Below are positions 63,486 to 64,000 of a DNA stretch of 64,000 nt, piece by piece (the first letter of the stretch is position 1; every line of letters starts with the position of its first letter). Under the pieces are notes generated by a model. The model had not been told where the DNA came from and ran no database searches. It was given only the letters and a program-made list of their open reading frames with translations. Source of the stretch: an uncultured Actinomycetes bacterium (GTDB lineage: Bacteria; Actinomycetota; Acidimicrobiia; IMCC26256; DASPTH01); assembly GCA_963750045.1 (NCBI GenBank), contig CAVVPD010000002.1:423257-487256 (forward strand). Reading direction: 5' to 3'. Position numbers and translations under genes: made by a program.

Positions 63486-64000
63486 GTGGGCGACCTCCAG
63501 GTGGATCTCGGATCGCGGCACGGACCCTTCGTCGGGACCCTCGATCCCGCGACGATCGCCGAGTACGCCGCCGCCATCGGCGAGGCCGACCCGACGCTCC
63601 TCGCGGGAGCAGCAGTGCCACCCACCTACCCGGTGATCCTCGTCTTCGAGGCGCAGAACCGGGCCAACCGCGCGGTCCCGCGCGCCGTGTACGAGTCGGG
63701 CCGCAGCGGTGTGCACGGTGAGCACGACATCATGCTGCACCGCCCGTTGGTGCCCGGTGAGTCGCTCGAGACCTGGTCGGAGCCATGGGCGGTGCGCAAC
63801 ACGCGGGCCGGTACCCGGGTCGTGCTCCACATGGAGCAGTTCGACGGCGGGGGTGCGCTGGTCGTGGAACAGTGGTGGACGATCTTCTTCGCCGGGAGCG
63901 ACGTGCTCGCCGACGCGGGGCCCGAACCGCCCGACCACACCTTTCCCGAGGTGGCGCGGGCGCGCCCGGTCTCCTCGGTCAGGCGGCACGTGGATGCCGA
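63486..64000 (+). CDS. MaoC-family dehydratase, N-terminal (FAS1-like) hot-dog domain; 3' end outside window
   Basis: Open frame from GTG 63486 to the window edge (not in the ORF track): VGDLQVDLGSRHGPFVGTLDPATIAEYAAAIGEADPTLL..PPTYPVILVFEAQ..GVHGEHDIMLHRPLVPGESL.. Confidence 0.7.
   Translation, partial: MGDLQVDLGSRHGPFVGTLDPATIAEYAAAIGEADPTLLAGAAVPPTYPVILVFEAQNRANRAVPRAVYESGRSGVHGEHDIMLHRPLVPGESLETWSEPWAVRNTRAGTRVVLHMEQFDGGGALVVEQWWTIFFAGSDVLADAGPEPPDHTFPEVARARPVSSVRRHVDA

Noticed and set aside
1-64000. Dozens of other 60-680 codon ORFs in the track (for example 1272..2336, 11269..12747, 13211..14362, 16366..17640, 18509..20116, 23672..25411, 40806..42437, 54240..55898)
   Set aside because: They lie antisense to or out of frame with genes that have clear family signatures. 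They show the Arg/Pro/Gly/Ala excess expected from non-coding frames of high-GC DNA.
1-64000. CRISPR arrays, tRNA/rRNA genes, transposases, integrases, phage or defence-system genes
   Set aside because: I saw no repeat-spacer structure and no recognisable recombinase, nuclease or helicase translation. Intergenic spacers are too short (mostly under 130 nt) for RNA genes. This is by-eye inspection only; tRNAscan or Infernal would be decisive.
1-64000. KstR (TnnAACnnGTTnnA) or KstR2-type operators in front of the steroid-like operons
   Set aside because: By eye I found no match in the intergenic regions (8115-8147, 16346-16389, 33825-33872, 37480-37538, 45009-45073). A PWM scan would be needed to be sure.

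Overview
This is very GC-rich DNA (roughly 70 percent by eye; not computed) that is almost entirely protein-coding. It has Actinomycetota-style features: many GTG starts, ATGA/GTGA stop-start overlaps, and F420-type LLM and PPOX enzymes. I can support about 72 protein-coding genes. I saw no rRNA, tRNA, CRISPR array, transposase or integrase. The first two thirds are dominated by lipid/steroid-type catabolism. This includes an echA20-ipdA-ipdB-ipdC-like block (3.8-7.3 kb) and a ten-gene operon with two DUF35 proteins and two Ltp/SCP-x-type thiolases (8.9-16.3 kb). Across the window there are 7 crotonase-family, 8 classical SDR, 5 luciferase-like monooxygenase (LLM), 4-5 MaoC hot-dog, 3 SnoaL/NTF2-like, 3 thiolase-like and 2 sulfotransferase-family genes, plus a P450. 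The last third switches to envelope and respiration functions: a PAP2 phosphatase with an ACT protein, a K+ channel, cydAB, an MFS exporter, a PAP2-like/kinase-like/flippase-like fusion, and a formylglycine-generating enzyme. Four points stand out. (1) Twelve frame breaks occur in eleven otherwise intact genes, most of them inside alternating CG runs. (2) A MarR-headed seven-gene operon contains an RfbH/ColD-type PMP-dehydratase homologue (catalytic Lys replaced by His, no Fe-S cysteines) with no sugar-nucleotide genes around it. (3) A 782-aa membrane fusion has PAP2 and kinase-like modules that have lost their catalytic residues. (4) A 40-codon membrane ORF missing from the ORF track sits immediately upstream of cydA. 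All functional calls come from reading the translations and from remembered family motifs; no database search was possible.
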